A DNA stretch of 64,000 bases from Oopsacas minuta. Its lineage: Eukaryota; Animalia; Porifera. Of the stretch, positions 1-26,804 are shown piece by piece; positions within the stretch are counted from its first letter, which is position 1; the number at the start of each line of letters is the position of its first letter. Under the pieces are notes generated by a model that made no database searches, had not been told where the DNA came from, and worked only from the letters and a program-made list of their open reading frames with translations. The stretch covers positions 915,690 through 979,689 of the forward strand of contig JAKMXF010000354.1 in assembly GCA_024704765.1 (NCBI GenBank). Reading direction: 5' to 3'. A program made the translations under genes and the position numbers.

Positions 1-129
1 TGAAGTTTTACACTCTATTAATAGAATTGTTTAGTTCTTACAGCTGTAAATTACCCATTATTGTAATTGTATATATTTCCTGGGTTATGTCTGAGAGTCT
101 GGTCATATTCACAGCTGTTTATTTGATAG

Positions 130-15639
<15,510 letters not shown>

Positions 15640-16499
15640 TCATAAATATTTTACTAATTATAATTCTTAATATATCACTTTTGGCATTTTATCACTTTCA
15701 ATTTGATAACAATATTTTAAATCTTAATTCAATTATTTCATATATTTTGTTACTTTTTCATTTCTTGCTCCTGGCTGGATGTCCCGATTTTCCACGCATG
15801 TTGAGTGTCATGTCCCCCCGAATAGTCCCCCTTTTCTTAAGCCAGACTTAACAACTTCCTATCCCGTTATTTCCCTCGCTTTTTTTGTATTTTCTAATCA
15901 AATATTAAGTTATCACCCAAATATTAAGGTATCAATAATACGTGTGTTATGTCACACGAATAAATAAAATGTCTCTAAAAAGTGTAACCTGTTTCTCCAA
16001 ATGCTTAGATGTGAATCGTGTACTGTTTATCAGTCGGCAGACTATTAGTTTCTGCGTAAGGTATGTTGTCAAGTCACGAGCCAGGTGGCTGATCTATCTA
16101 ATGCATTCTTCATTTATGGAGAATAATTATTTACTGATTTTCAGCAATTTTGTATAATCTTTTGAATTTATTCTCTAATACGCCTACACGAGTAATTTAA
16201 TTAATGCAAGTTTGCTCGCGAACCCAGGCATCCTCTCAATATGCAAGTTATATTTGTCAATATTAGCCTAGTGACTCCAGAGGGGCTCTTCAGGTGTAAA
16301 TATTTTATCAAACATATGATATATTTATTCTGAAAAACAGCCAGCTTTTGTTTTTCTGAAAATAATGTGAATAGTTATTTAAGAGGGATATGTATTTTCC
16401 CCAATGACCATAAGCTGTAAGTTAAATAAACAAGAAATGTAACGTATATGTATATAGATAGTACGAAGGGTAAATATACGCAGTATAGTTTGTATATTA

Positions 16500-18218
16500 T
16501 TACAGGACAACACAGGCCCGGGAGGAAGGAATATTATTGTTAATATTGTCTGTCAAATTCTTACCCAATCCCACATCATCACTATTCCCAGAACTAGATT
16601 GAGAAGTAACTGATTCCACCGGAGATATTCTATTTTTACGAAATCTGTTCCCTGTACTGAATTTCTTGTTTCTCTCTCTCAAATTAATAGGTGTTACCGT
16701 GAGTTGTCCAGCAGTTATAGAAGAGCACAGCTGTATATCTGTATCATCCTCTTGTTTAATAAGAGACCGGGTAGTTATCGTAGCATCGTTACAACTTAAT
16801 TCTGATAAATCAGATACTGTTACCAGAGAGTGTAGTTCTGCTTCTGTTTGATTTATACAGCTATTCCCTATATACAATACTATTAATACAATGTATGCTG
16901 GTTATAAGAACCTCCTTTGGGAGTAGCAATACATGTCCTTATAACAGGCGTGCTTACCAATTAGTGATGGATAATCTGTTGCAGCCTGTTCCCCAGTTAA
17001 TAAAGATTTGTGTTTATTCCAAACACTCTGAAGTCTAGCTCCTATCTCTTCATCACCATACTCGTTATATTTTAGCTCTAGAACTAGATATGCCTCTTTA
17101 TACCGTATTTCTGCTTCTTTATCTCTTCTCTGTTTGATTAATAAATCTCCCAGCCTCTCCAGGGCCTCCGAAAGAATGAGTACTAACCTGTCAGAGCCTC
17201 TGGAGTGCTCTATCAACCGCTGTAGGATATTCTCACTCTCCTCGAACTGACCTTTATCACTCCATCCCTCGGCTATACCAATGAATATCTTGCTAGCTTC
17301 CTTGGGATATTCTACAACAGCCAATTCACACTCTTCCCTCGCTTCCCGCATGGCTCTCTCCCATCTTTCCCTGTCGTGTGTACTCTTAAGTAACTTTGCT
17401 CTTCTCATGACAGCTCTCGCTCTCTCCAGCCCAGTCTTGCTAGAAGCCAGTACATGATCCATACATACTTCTGCATCAGAATGAGCCTGCTGGTCTGTGT
17501 AGAGATCAGAGAGACGATGATACAAGTTCTTCTGATCCTCTGGTTTGTGTATGAGTCCTAGACAGATGAAATGAGTCCTTTCCATAGTTTCAGATACCCT
17601 ACTGGTGTTACCAGTCCTCCAGTAGAGGCTAGCTAAGTCGCATAAAGATTCAGCCTCTAGAACTGACTCTTCACATTTCTTGAATAGCAATGCTGCTGTA
17701 TTTAAGCTTAATCCTGCTTGTGTGTGTTTACCGACTTTATCTAATAACATACCAAGTCTATGCCATGTAACAGCCTCGTATTTGACTAGGCCCTCCTCTC
17801 TGTACAGCTGTATAGCTTTCTCGAGGTAACACTGAGTCAGATGGGCATTGTCACACTTCTCAGCTGCTACAGATGCGTTCATATATGAATGCAAGAGATA
17901 CTCTCTACTCAATTCTAACACCCTTTCAACTCCTGATCCATCAAGCGAGCTCATTTCTGATTTATTCCCGTAAATGTGACGAGCACTCACTTGCTCGAAG
18001 CAGTTCAAGCTTTCAATGAATTTTTGCTTGTACAAGAACGTCATGGCCATGTGAATTATAAGACACTGTTTAGCGATATCTCGGTTGGTACGAAGCTCAT
18101 TTGTATTTTGTACCGCAACCATACATTTCTTCAAAACTTCAACTGATTCTGAAAATTTCGAATCTTTCATTAGATTTTGTACATGTAATATGTCAGCTTC
18201 AATAGCTCCCCAGTCCAT
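16500..18218 (-). CDS. TPR-repeat protein with C-terminal CaaX (CVVL); exons 18218-16958 and 16867-16500 (~542 aa)
   Basis: Repeated helical TPR-like units; phase-1 GT-AG intron 16957-16868 joins the two ORFs in frame. Confidence 0.7.
16889..16950. mobile_element. MITE family C, half copy, in TPR-gene intron
   Basis: Matches the terminal half of 44519-44674 and 28238-28372 (TATTGCTAC..GGTTCTTATAACC.GCATAC motif). Confidence 0.7.
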
Positions 18219-18421
18219 ATCTAATTGACTGATTAGAGGACAATATGATGTGTGTGAGTATATACGTCGGAAGAGTAGTGAATTTTCTAAATATTATTTA
18301 TGCGATAATAGTACCTTACATTTGTGTGGGAGATCAGTGTTTATTCAAATTAACCCGAATTCATTGGAGATATCGATCAGGTCGTTAAATTATACTCCAC
18401 TGCCAAGGTTACTAGCTTGGA

Positions 18422-18799
18422 ATGTCTGAAGAATATTGGACTGTGTCCAGAGGCTTGGCAGTACGTAACAGTAATAAGTGCAGAGAATGCAAGCAATACA
18501 TTATGATGAAGGAACCGATAGTGATAAGAGACGGACGGAAAATCCGTCTGTTTTATCACAGCAGGTGTTTCAGTGGATCAGCTGATCCCAGGAGCCAACT
18601 AAACGGAGCATTCTCCCGGGAGAAATACGAGGGGATCATGTCCCCCTCCGCTCCAAAGGAAAAGGGGAACGGAAAGTGGTCCTGTAGGAGCTATGGGTAT
18701 ACTCCAGATTATGATGTGCTAAGCAAAATGAAAGAGCAATCGAATGAAAAGAAACATATGTTGAAAGGAAACAAAGAATTGAAAGTGGAAGCAAAATAA
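18422..18799 (+). CDS. Small protein with PARP-type zinc-finger-like C-x2-C...H-x2-C motif
   Basis: KCRECKQYI...IRLFYHSRCFSGSADPRSQ...APKEKGNGKW; 125-aa ORF with protein-like composition. Confidence 0.6.
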   Translation: MSEEYWTVSRGLAVRNSNKCRECKQYIMMKEPIVIRDGRKIRLFYHSRCFSGSADPRSQLNGAFSREKYEGIMSPSAPKEKGNGKWSCRSYGYTPDYDVLSKMKEQSNEKKHMLKGNKELKVEAK

Positions 18800-18954
18800 A
18801 TAATACTGCCTTCCAGTTATGCAACATTAAAATATTTCACTTTCATAATATCTTTCTGTTTCTACTTATGGAATTTCTGTGAATTTTGTCCTGTCAGTAT
18901 TGCAAGAAAAGAAGTAATTAATTTTTCTGATACAGACCAGTGAAATAATTAAAA

Positions 18955-20523
18955 TTATGAATTCATTACCCAACCCATTTGTTTGTATGCTTCCGCCAGG
19001 TCTTGTAATCGGACAGGTGGGAAGTAATCTCTCAGGAATTTTCGTTTCCACCAGTGACCCTCTGCTGCCTCTGAGCTGCCTAGCTGTGTAAACTCGTACG
19101 AGTAGTGCTTAGCCCGTATATAAGATGGTCTCCCTTGTAGAGGGGGATATGAAGCAAGGAGAGAGCGAGTTGTAGAGTCGTTACTCAATAGTTTACCGAT
19201 TAAATGGACGAACCAGGGATTAGATTGATAATTCTGGAATGCTGCAAACCACATTAACCAGTCCAGTCTATAATGGTAAGGAGAAATAGTGCAAGGCCGT
19301 CTGGTAGTGTTACCTGGCTTACAATGGAACTCATACTCATGCCAAACAGCTGATCGATTAGAAGGATTATCCCATGTAGCTTCTATTATAATTTCAGTCC
19401 TCTGTTTGGTAATAGAACCAAAAGCTCCGTATGTGTTAACGATACGGTAGGCATCAAATGATGTGTTCATAACCTGTCGAGAAGAGAACAGGTTCTGGAC
19501 GATTGGTATGGACAGATAAGCTATTACTAGTCCGAATATAAAGTTCAGTAAGGATCTCAGTTTAGATTTCCATCCGAATTCCTTGGAGCTAGAGATCTGA
19601 TTGACTCTATCTAATGTCGATTTAGAGAATAAGAAACTAAACCATCCGTCATTCAGACAGAATATTGACGGTAGCATAGTTAACCAGTTCAAGAAACTGA
19701 GATTTCCACTCAGTACGATCATGAACATGAAAGATATCTGCATTATACCCGATACAGCTGGTAACGGACGAGGTAGCACTAAAAACCATGGACTAACTAG
19801 CTCTACTATGTGATTAGTCATTGTCTCCATTTTGTGTACTATTTCAGGTGATTGGTGCATATAGTAGCTAAGTGGGTTGGGGACAGGCTGTGTCTCGTAA
19901 TGATAGTTCATGCAGGTTAGGTCACGCCAGCATTGATCGCCACGGATCTTTATCAACCCTGCTCCTAGCATTATACGGAATATCAACCATCTGTTGCCCA
20001 GTATAGCTATTAGAGAGGGAGGCGTGTGTGGAGGGAGTTGACTTAAACTCAGGAATGGACACAGGAAGATAGCCAGGAATCCTGTCTCTAATAACTGTGA
20101 TTCCCAACCGAATGAATACCAAATCTGTCCTACATTAACTAACGAGTGATATAACAACCATAGAGTTACCATAATTATCATATTTGATGCACCAAGGATA
20201 AGAACAACAGATGAGAGTATAACTCCACTCCAAGCTATTGCATCCAACCAGAAGTCTATGTGATGTTCCTCAACGAACCATAGGAGAGTGGGGACACGGA
20301 TAAATCGGAACCATACGGACTCATTCTTCCCCAACTGCTGTCCAACATAGTTAAGATATAAGTTTACAGGGAGAATACCCCTTGAGCCTATAAGTGCTGG
20401 GTTTTGCTGCAGGGCTACCAGGAAAGCAGTAGTGTATACGATAGCTAGACAACGTAGGAACACGATACGCGTCAACCAGTGTTGATTAACAGGATAGAAT
20501 GTGTTACGGAATGCTAAGAGCAT
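18955..20523 (-). CDS. LMF1: Lipase maturation factor 1, intronless
   Basis: HWLTRIVFLRCLAIVY, FGWESQLLETGFL, YHYETQPVPNP, PYHYRLDWLMWFAAF. Confidence 0.93.
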   Translation of the reverse strand: MLLAFRNTFYPVNQHWLTRIVFLRCLAIVYTTAFLVALQQNPALIGSRGILPVNLYLNYVGQQLGKNESVWFRFIRVPTLLWFVEEHHIDFWLDAIAWSGVILSSVVLILGASNMIIMVTLWLLYHSLVNVGQIWYSFGWESQLLETGFLAIFLCPFLSLSQLPPHTPPSLIAILGNRWLIFRIMLGAGLIKIRGDQCWRDLTCMNYHYETQPVPNPLSYYMHQSPEIVHKMETMTNHIVELVSPWFLVLPRPLPAVSGIMQISFMFMIVLSGNLSFLNWLTMLPSIFCLNDGWFSFLFSKSTLDRVNQISSSKEFGWKSKLRSLLNFIFGLVIAYLSIPIVQNLFSSRQVMNTSFDAYRIVNTYGAFGSITKQRTEIIIEATWDNPSNRSAVWHEYEFHCKPGNTTRRPCTISPYHYRLDWLMWFAAFQNYQSNPWFVHLIGKLLSNDSTTRSLLASYPPLQGRPSYIRAKHYSYEFTQLGSSEAAEGHWWKRKFLRDYFPPVRLQDLAEAYKQMGWVMNS

Positions 20524-20535
20524 ATCACTGTACAG

Positions 20536-20553
20536 CTCTCTCTCTCTCTCTCT
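20536..20553. repeat. (CT)9 microsatellite just upstream of LMF1
   Basis: Directly visible dinucleotide run. Confidence 0.9.
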
Positions 20554-20696
20554 ATCTATTAATTAATACTATATTGTGTGAATAATCTAGAGTAAAGTGC
20601 ACTAAAATTATGTGATATCTCTCGAACTCTCTGAGATAAGGTCTTACGTCTTGACCTATCAGGTTTAAGGATTGATCAATTAACTTATCAGATTTC

Positions 20697-21186
20697 TTAT
20701 GTAGTCAATTTAAATGCAAAAGTTGTATTGAAATATTCAGACTATAAAACCACACAAATACACGTATCATATCAATAAGAAGGACAAATACCATACGATA
20801 CTGAATAATATCATAGTACATATCTTGACTATTTCTACATTATTGTTTAGTTGATTGGCTAGTAGAGTCACAGTAGGTGACGATGGGGGTGTTGGTTGTT
20901 TTTTCGCCCTCACCCATATCCTCCCTACCAACACCCATATAAAACTTTTTGGATCAACAGGTGTTGGCAAGATTGGTGCAGGTTTTAGTAAATAGGGTAT
21001 AGGTTTTGCTACGGACGGTGCTGGGCTTGGTAAGGATGGGGTTTTGTAAGTTAGTTGACTCATGAAAGGGTTCCCCCATACCACAGGTGGTGGAGCTCCG
21101 AATTGGTAGTCAGGGAGATTAGTTATCCGCGAGTCAGAGAGTGGATTATATGGACAAAGAGCTGGAGGAGAAAATACTTCTGTCAT
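20697..21186 (-). CDS. Small Pro-rich protein whose first ~42 aa are paralogous to the N-terminus of the annexin at 31623; probable 55-bp intron then short last exon
   Basis: MTEVFSPPALCPYNPLSDSRITNLPDYQFGAPPPVVWGNPF vs MSEVLYLPALYPSNPLIDSRIRCLPDFLFGAPPAVVWGNPF (29/42 identical); no annexin repeats follow. Confidence 0.55.
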
Positions 21187-21510
21187 CGGTTAATCGTATT
21201 AGTAATCGGAAAACAGCTCTCTTATATACTACCGAGATCATTGTAGTATTGTTAATGCGGTAATTGCAAACGAGTTGCATATATTTTCTCCCTGACTAAT
21301 CTCTGTATCAATAATGCTATATTATACAATTTTAGTTGCATTACTGAGCTAGTAATTATTATATTTTTCCAAGAATTAGCAAAAGAATTGTCGAACAATC
21401 TGCAATTCCAGTAATTCACCTTCTTCTTCTTATTATTATTATTAATTAATTAATTCGGAATTCTATCCTTGTTCACTGACTATTACAAATAAAGTATGGA
21501 ATTGAACAAG

Positions 21511-24500
21511 TTAATAAGTAGCATACTCATTCCCATTTTGATAGTGCTCTTTGATTTCCTTCCTCCCCTCTGTGATAGCTCCCATCGCCTCGTAGCTGCT
21601 GGCATTCATTAGTTTGTAAATAAGAGAATCCCAGATAGGCGGATAGTCACGACGAGCGCTTTTGATAGGACGAACCAGTTTGACCCTATTAGACCCATCA
21701 GATTCTGGAATTATCTTCGGGTATTCGTAGGTAATCAGGCAGTACAGCGTAGCTGCTACACTGAATGAATCACAATTGTACAGATAAGGTTTGTTGGTCT
21801 TCATGCATGGAAGTTCAAACGTATCCGTATCAGAAGAACCAAGGAATTGTACGTTTTTGGGGAATAAACTCAAATCAACTGATCTCCCAAAGTCAATGAG
21901 GTGCAGGAGCCTGCCCTCAGGCTCTCTCATGTTAGCAATCTGGTCATTAGACCGCAGCATGAAGTTATCCGGCTTAATGTCATTATGTACTATTCCTATA
22001 GAATGTAACGTCCCAACCAAATACATAACCTCTAAGGCAAACTGAACGGTGATAGAATCATTAATTCCTCGCTTAACTTTCATTTGGTTTATCATATCCA
22101 GTAGAGTACCATGTGAATAGTACTCTGATACTATAATCGTAGCGTTCTTGTATATAAGACATGAGTAGGGTTGATAGAAGGACGAGCAGAGGTGTGGCTG
22201 TTTTAATTCAGTCAGTTTTTCCTGTATTTTACTACTTATAAGATATTCTATACACGTTGGTTGTTTCATTACTACTTTAAGGACTGGTCGGTCTGTATGG
22301 GTCAGCTTCTGAGCCTCTGGGGTTTGCGGGGAAGCTAGATACACATTAGCGAATCCTCCTGTCCCTACGTGTTCTAGAATCTTGAAATGAATATTCCCGA
22401 ATTGGCAGGTCCTCTTTACACCGATGTTAGGTACTGGAAGGTTTGTGTAGTTGATCAATCGTGGATAGTTGCTTTGTTTTTTATACTCGTTAATCATTTG
22501 CCTTATAGTTAGCAGATCAAAGGGATAAATTAGAGTTACTGCTTCTTCCATGCTAGACGTAGATTTCCCAGAAGAGTTTTCCTGACTGGTCTCTTTTATG
22601 GAACTTAGCTGTAACTGTTGTCTAATCCTCTCTCCCTCAACTCTCTGCTCCCCTAATGTAGAGCTAGTTTCTTTGCTAGAACTCACAATATTTTCTTTAT
22701 TTTCATCACAGTTTAACTGTCCGAATCTAAGAGCTACAGGGTCTAGATGACTCATTGTGTCCTGAATTGGGATCTGAGTGACGTCATCCATAGACAGAGG
22801 AACAATACGAGCCCCCATAGGGGTGGAGGTAGGCTGCTGAAGGAAAAGAGAAGAATCGATAAAAGTATCAGAGGATTTCGTGCTGTAGTTCTTGGCTGGA
22901 GTTCTGTAGGTCAGAGTACGGGAAGGAGGCGGCATCAATGATATATCACTCTGTTTATTATCAGATTCGAATATGTGTAGCTTTACATCTTCCTTGATTT
23001 TAATTTTCTCAATATGGTCACCTATATCCTCCTTCTCACTGGGAAGAGTTGTAGCGAATAGATCTAGTATAACTGCATCTGCTTTTCTAGACATACTGGT
23101 GTCTTCTATACCGTCAGATAGGACTCTGTGAGTTGGGATAAGCTGTTGAGTTGGTGATGGTGGTGGTGGAATGGAGCGAGGTGTCAACTTATCTGCTACG
23201 TGACTAGACTGTATTTCTGTAGGATAAGTGATAGGGTTACAGATTGAGGAATTATCTTTACTATTATTACTCGCTTCTCTCTGCTGACTGCGGACTGCTC
23301 CGATATAATGAGATTTACCTTGTAACTTAGTTGTATTGGACACATTAGCAATAGTTTCATCAAAAGATCGAGATCTTGATAAACTAGGATTACCCGATAG
23401 ATACTTAGATGTGTATATTTGTGGAGATTGTGTAGACTCAGGGATCCTATATGGGTGTATAGGGGTGTGAATAACTGGTCCAATATTCCTCCTAGGTACT
23501 GCACTAGTAGTAGAGTTATTTGGTTCTTTTATATCATGGTCTGGCCCTGACAACGTTTTCTTCACTTTGGCATGCTCGTAACCACCAGGTGATCTCCCTA
23601 CCCCCCGTACAGCAACATGTGTCTGTTTATGATTAGGGATTGACCAATTAGGAGACAGGATCACATTTGCTCTATCCATACAAGTGAACTCCATATCGTC
23701 ACTATCTATCTCATGCTCCTTCATGTACCTCTTAGCTCGTAATTCCTCTACAGAGATGTCCTCTACCGTTCCGTAGGGGTACACCTCCCAGTAGGGGTAC
23801 ATGAGGACCTGGTTAGGCTCTGGATACCTCGCTGAGGACCTCTCATCTAGCACGTGGAGGGGACCAGGTTCTGGGGTCTGGAGGCGTAACTTAAGAGTAC
23901 CTTTAGGAATACCTGTCATAGCAGGTACGGAGAGAGGAACTTCAGGATCTGGGTGTATTATAAAGTCTACTGGTGTAGCTTGTCTACAATCTGGGGTAAT
24001 CGGAATGCTTGATTTAATCCATTTACTTAAAGGCTGGGTATTTTCCTGGCTTAACTTCTCTCGTGTAGGTAGTGCTGTATTAGAATAATGAGGGAGCTGA
24101 GTCAAGTTATCAGCTTGTCCGCTGTATACAGAGAACTCAGTTTGTCTGTTGCTACTCGTCTGTTGTTCACCAATAGGTTGTACAGGTTTCTGATAACTAC
24201 TAGTCCGCATGGAATCTACTTTACCCTCATGTGACGTTAGATTGCCTAGTACATTTCTACCATCAGATTGCTGGTCAGGATGTTCAACACTCTTATCAAT
24301 TCTATCCTGTAGCTCTACTAACAATCCCTCCAGACGACCAATAGGCTGAGCTAGTAGACTAATTCCATTACATATAACAGCCTTTGCTTCAGTATTGTTA
24401 CCCTTAGTTTCTAAGCTACGACTCCAGAACTCATAGAATGTAGCTAATGACGTACCAATACCGTGTGACCGCATGTACTCGTATATGATCTGTGGATCTT

Positions 24501-24834
24501 TGAACCCCTCGGCATAACTCACCCATACACGAATGAACCTAGTGTCGCTGTCGTACTTCTGAGTGAGATTATTACGCTTGAAGAATAACACGCAGTTTTC
24601 GAGAAATTTGTAATATTCACTTCCAAGATTTGAATTAACTTCTCTATACCAGTTGATATACTCTATATAAGGTTGTAACGGATCCTCGTACTCTAGTGCA
24701 GAGCTTATGTTGTCCAGAAGAATTTTTTTTCTTTGTGAGTTCTTCGATTGAGACTCTCCTGTACGGAATAATGCTTCTACTTTTCTACCTTGTCTGTGGG
24801 GTTGTATGTTCTCCTTGCTCTGATCCCATGACAT
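21511..24834 (-). CDS. BUB1: BUB1/BUBR1 (MadBub-type) spindle checkpoint kinase, intronless
   Basis: N-terminal KEN box (SKENIQP), TPR domain, GLEBS-like EDISVEELRA, C-terminal kinase with GTGGFA, HNDIKPDN, DFG. Confidence 0.92.
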   Translation of the reverse strand: MSWDQSKENIQPHRQGRKVEALFRTGESQSKNSQRKKILLDNISSALEYEDPLQPYIEYINWYREVNSNLGSEYYKFLENCVLFFKRNNLTQKYDSDTRFIRVWVSYAEGFKDPQIIYEYMRSHGIGTSLATFYEFWSRSLETKGNNTEAKAVICNGISLLAQPIGRLEGLLVELQDRIDKSVEHPDQQSDGRNVLGNLTSHEGKVDSMRTSSYQKPVQPIGEQQTSSNRQTEFSVYSGQADNLTQLPHYSNTALPTREKLSQENTQPLSKWIKSSIPITPDCRQATPVDFIIHPDPEVPLSVPAMTGIPKGTLKLRLQTPEPGPLHVLDERSSARYPEPNQVLMYPYWEVYPYGTVEDISVEELRAKRYMKEHEIDSDDMEFTCMDRANVILSPNWSIPNHKQTHVAVRGVGRSPGGYEHAKVKKTLSGPDHDIKEPNNSTTSAVPRRNIGPVIHTPIHPYRIPESTQSPQIYTSKYLSGNPSLSRSRSFDETIANVSNTTKLQGKSHYIGAVRSQQREASNNSKDNSSICNPITYPTEIQSSHVADKLTPRSIPPPPSPTQQLIPTHRVLSDGIEDTSMSRKADAVILDLFATTLPSEKEDIGDHIEKIKIKEDVKLHIFESDNKQSDISLMPPPSRTLTYRTPAKNYSTKSSDTFIDSSLFLQQPTSTPMGARIVPLSMDDVTQIPIQDTMSHLDPVALRFGQLNCDENKENIVSSSKETSSTLGEQRVEGERIRQQLQLSSIKETSQENSSGKSTSSMEEAVTLIYPFDLLTIRQMINEYKKQSNYPRLINYTNLPVPNIGVKRTCQFGNIHFKILEHVGTGGFANVYLASPQTPEAQKLTHTDRPVLKVVMKQPTCIEYLISSKIQEKLTELKQPHLCSSFYQPYSCLIYKNATIIVSEYYSHGTLLDMINQMKVKRGINDSITVQFALEVMYLVGTLHSIGIVHNDIKPDNFMLRSNDQIANMREPEGRLLHLIDFGRSVDLSLFPKNVQFLGSSDTDTFELPCMKTNKPYLYNCDSFSVAATLYCLITYEYPKIIPESDGSNRVKLVRPIKSARRDYPPIWDSLIYKLMNASSYEAMGAITEGRKEIKEHYQNGNEYATY

Positions 24835-25169
24835 TACGTATAGATAAATTAGCTAATAAAGGATAGTACTGGAAACTTAATTACAATTTTGACTTTTCAA
24901 ATAGATTAGCGATTCCCAACCCATAGAGCCCATCCCATAGACTGCAATACAAATTGTGAGATCCTGTGGACCACCTTGCTGTCGTCAGTGTCCACCAAGG
25001 CGTCCTCGGCATTTCACACCTCTCTTATGAGAATATGACATAAATATTAGTATTATCATAGGCAATAGATGCGATGCTTAAGGGCCAAATTTTTCGGTAA
25101 AACTTCAACTTAAGATATAAGATATAGGTGTTAGAAGTAAAATAAGATATAAATAGTACTATATAGAGT

Positions 25170-26729
25170 TCATTTCCAAAATGTTTGTCTGTGTTTAGCT
25201 CTCTCCAACGTGTGGGAGGCAAGAGAAGCAGCAGAAGAGACGGAGACCTCATCAGGTTCAGGGGTACGAATATCCTCCTTATATTTAAACAATTGTGTTT
25301 GTAAGCTAGTGTCTGTCTGGGAGAGAGCACTGTGAGGAACACTAGCTGGTAAGTAATTCGGGCTGCTGTGTGTTACTGGGTAGATAGGAGAATAAGAATG
25401 TACTCTGTTTATATCGATAGGAGGTACAGCTGTTCTAGCTCTTATTGCCTCGTGTTGTGGAGGAGATAAAGGCTTATGTCTCACTACAGAGGATCTCATG
25501 GTATTGCTGGTAACTTTATGTAACTGAGAAGTGTGAGGTTCTAACTCAGTCAGCTGATTTGTGATAGGAGTAGTAACGTTGAGCTTTGATAAGGAGCTGC
25601 CCAGCTGATCAACAGGTGACTTATCTTTATGCTCGTTATGGCATACTCTACCTCTAGCAGAGGTGTCAATATGTTGTACTCTGTTGGTCTGTTCCTCCTC
25701 CACAATATTAGCCCCCTCATCTTGAGGGTAGACAGATCGATTTGAACTGAGACGAGATGAGTCGGCTACTTCTGCGTATCTCCGACACAGAGGGAGCTGG
25801 AAATGCTCCAGAGCCGAACTCCGTCCTCTGTCTCTATATACCCTAGCTTTCTCGCGTAACTCAATCACCATTTGGTACCAGGGATTAGTCACATTATTTG
25901 CTTTGTCAGGAGATGAAGTACGTAGCGAGTAGTTAGACCTGTATTCACTGCTCCAGCGACGGGGAGATCGCTGTACGGGGTTAGAAGGGGAGACAGGACG
26001 AACAGGAGCTGGTACAAGAGCAGGTTGAGATTCGTAAGAAGAGTGTTTGACAGGAAATTTATAAATAGGAAATGATTTGTCTTTAGAGCTCTGCTGGCCT
26101 AAACCCTGGAATTGAGATTGATACTCTGAGAGAGGGAAGGAAGGGACACGCTCTTTCTTAGTACGTTTAGCTCCTCTCTTGTCTCGGATCTTCTTAGACC
26201 GTTTTTGTCTTCCGACAACCTCTAAAGATTTATCTGGAATATTATGGGGAATAAAATCTTTATGTACCGGAACATCAATTTCTGGTCTCTCCTCTTTGTA
26301 AAACTCCATATCTCCTTGTTTAATTATGTTCCCTTTGGATACTTCTCTATCTACTGGTACCATTGTATGCGCTTTTGTTACCTCTCTATCAATTGGTTCC
26401 GGTGCATCCCTTTTGGATACTTCTCTATCAATTAGTTCCGGTCTCTCTACTTCCTTTAGAACCTCTCTGACATCAACGACAGGAACTTTAGGATTCTTCC
26501 TCTCCTTAAGTAAATCAGATACTTCTCTCTGCCCCGCTATAACAGGCTGGAACTGTCTCTGGTACTCAGAGGTATATCGACCCTTAGCCTCTGTCTGTCT
26601 CTTGTACCCTGCTCTCCACAGGAACCCCTTATGATCCATCCCGCTCTTCTGAGAAGTGAGCTCTGGGTATAAAGCATAGGGAGTCCTGGGGCCTGCCACT
26701 GATGGAGGGTTACTTGTATGAACTGACAT
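25170..26729 (-). CDS. MDM1: Nuclear/centriolar microtubule-binding protein MDM1
   Basis: SEYQRQF/SEYQSQF/SEYRSNY repeats, PWYQMVIELREKARVYRDRG, C-terminal LASHTLERAKHRQTFWK. Confidence 0.8.
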   Translation of the reverse strand: MSVHTSNPPSVAGPRTPYALYPELTSQKSGMDHKGFLWRAGYKRQTEAKGRYTSEYQRQFQPVIAGQREVSDLLKERKNPKVPVVDVREVLKEVERPELIDREVSKRDAPEPIDREVTKAHTMVPVDREVSKGNIIKQGDMEFYKEERPEIDVPVHKDFIPHNIPDKSLEVVGRQKRSKKIRDKRGAKRTKKERVPSFPLSEYQSQFQGLGQQSSKDKSFPIYKFPVKHSSYESQPALVPAPVRPVSPSNPVQRSPRRWSSEYRSNYSLRTSSPDKANNVTNPWYQMVIELREKARVYRDRGRSSALEHFQLPLCRRYAEVADSSRLSSNRSVYPQDEGANIVEEEQTNRVQHIDTSARGRVCHNEHKDKSPVDQLGSSLSKLNVTTPITNQLTELEPHTSQLHKVTSNTMRSSVVRHKPLSPPQHEAIRARTAVPPIDINRVHSYSPIYPVTHSSPNYLPASVPHSALSQTDTSLQTQLFKYKEDIRTPEPDEVSVSSAASLASHTLERAKHRQTFWK

Positions 26730-26804
26730 AACAAGCTAACGTTATGTAAAACAATTATAATATCAAACTATGAAAAGCTACATATGAAGTGATAACTATT
26801 TGTA

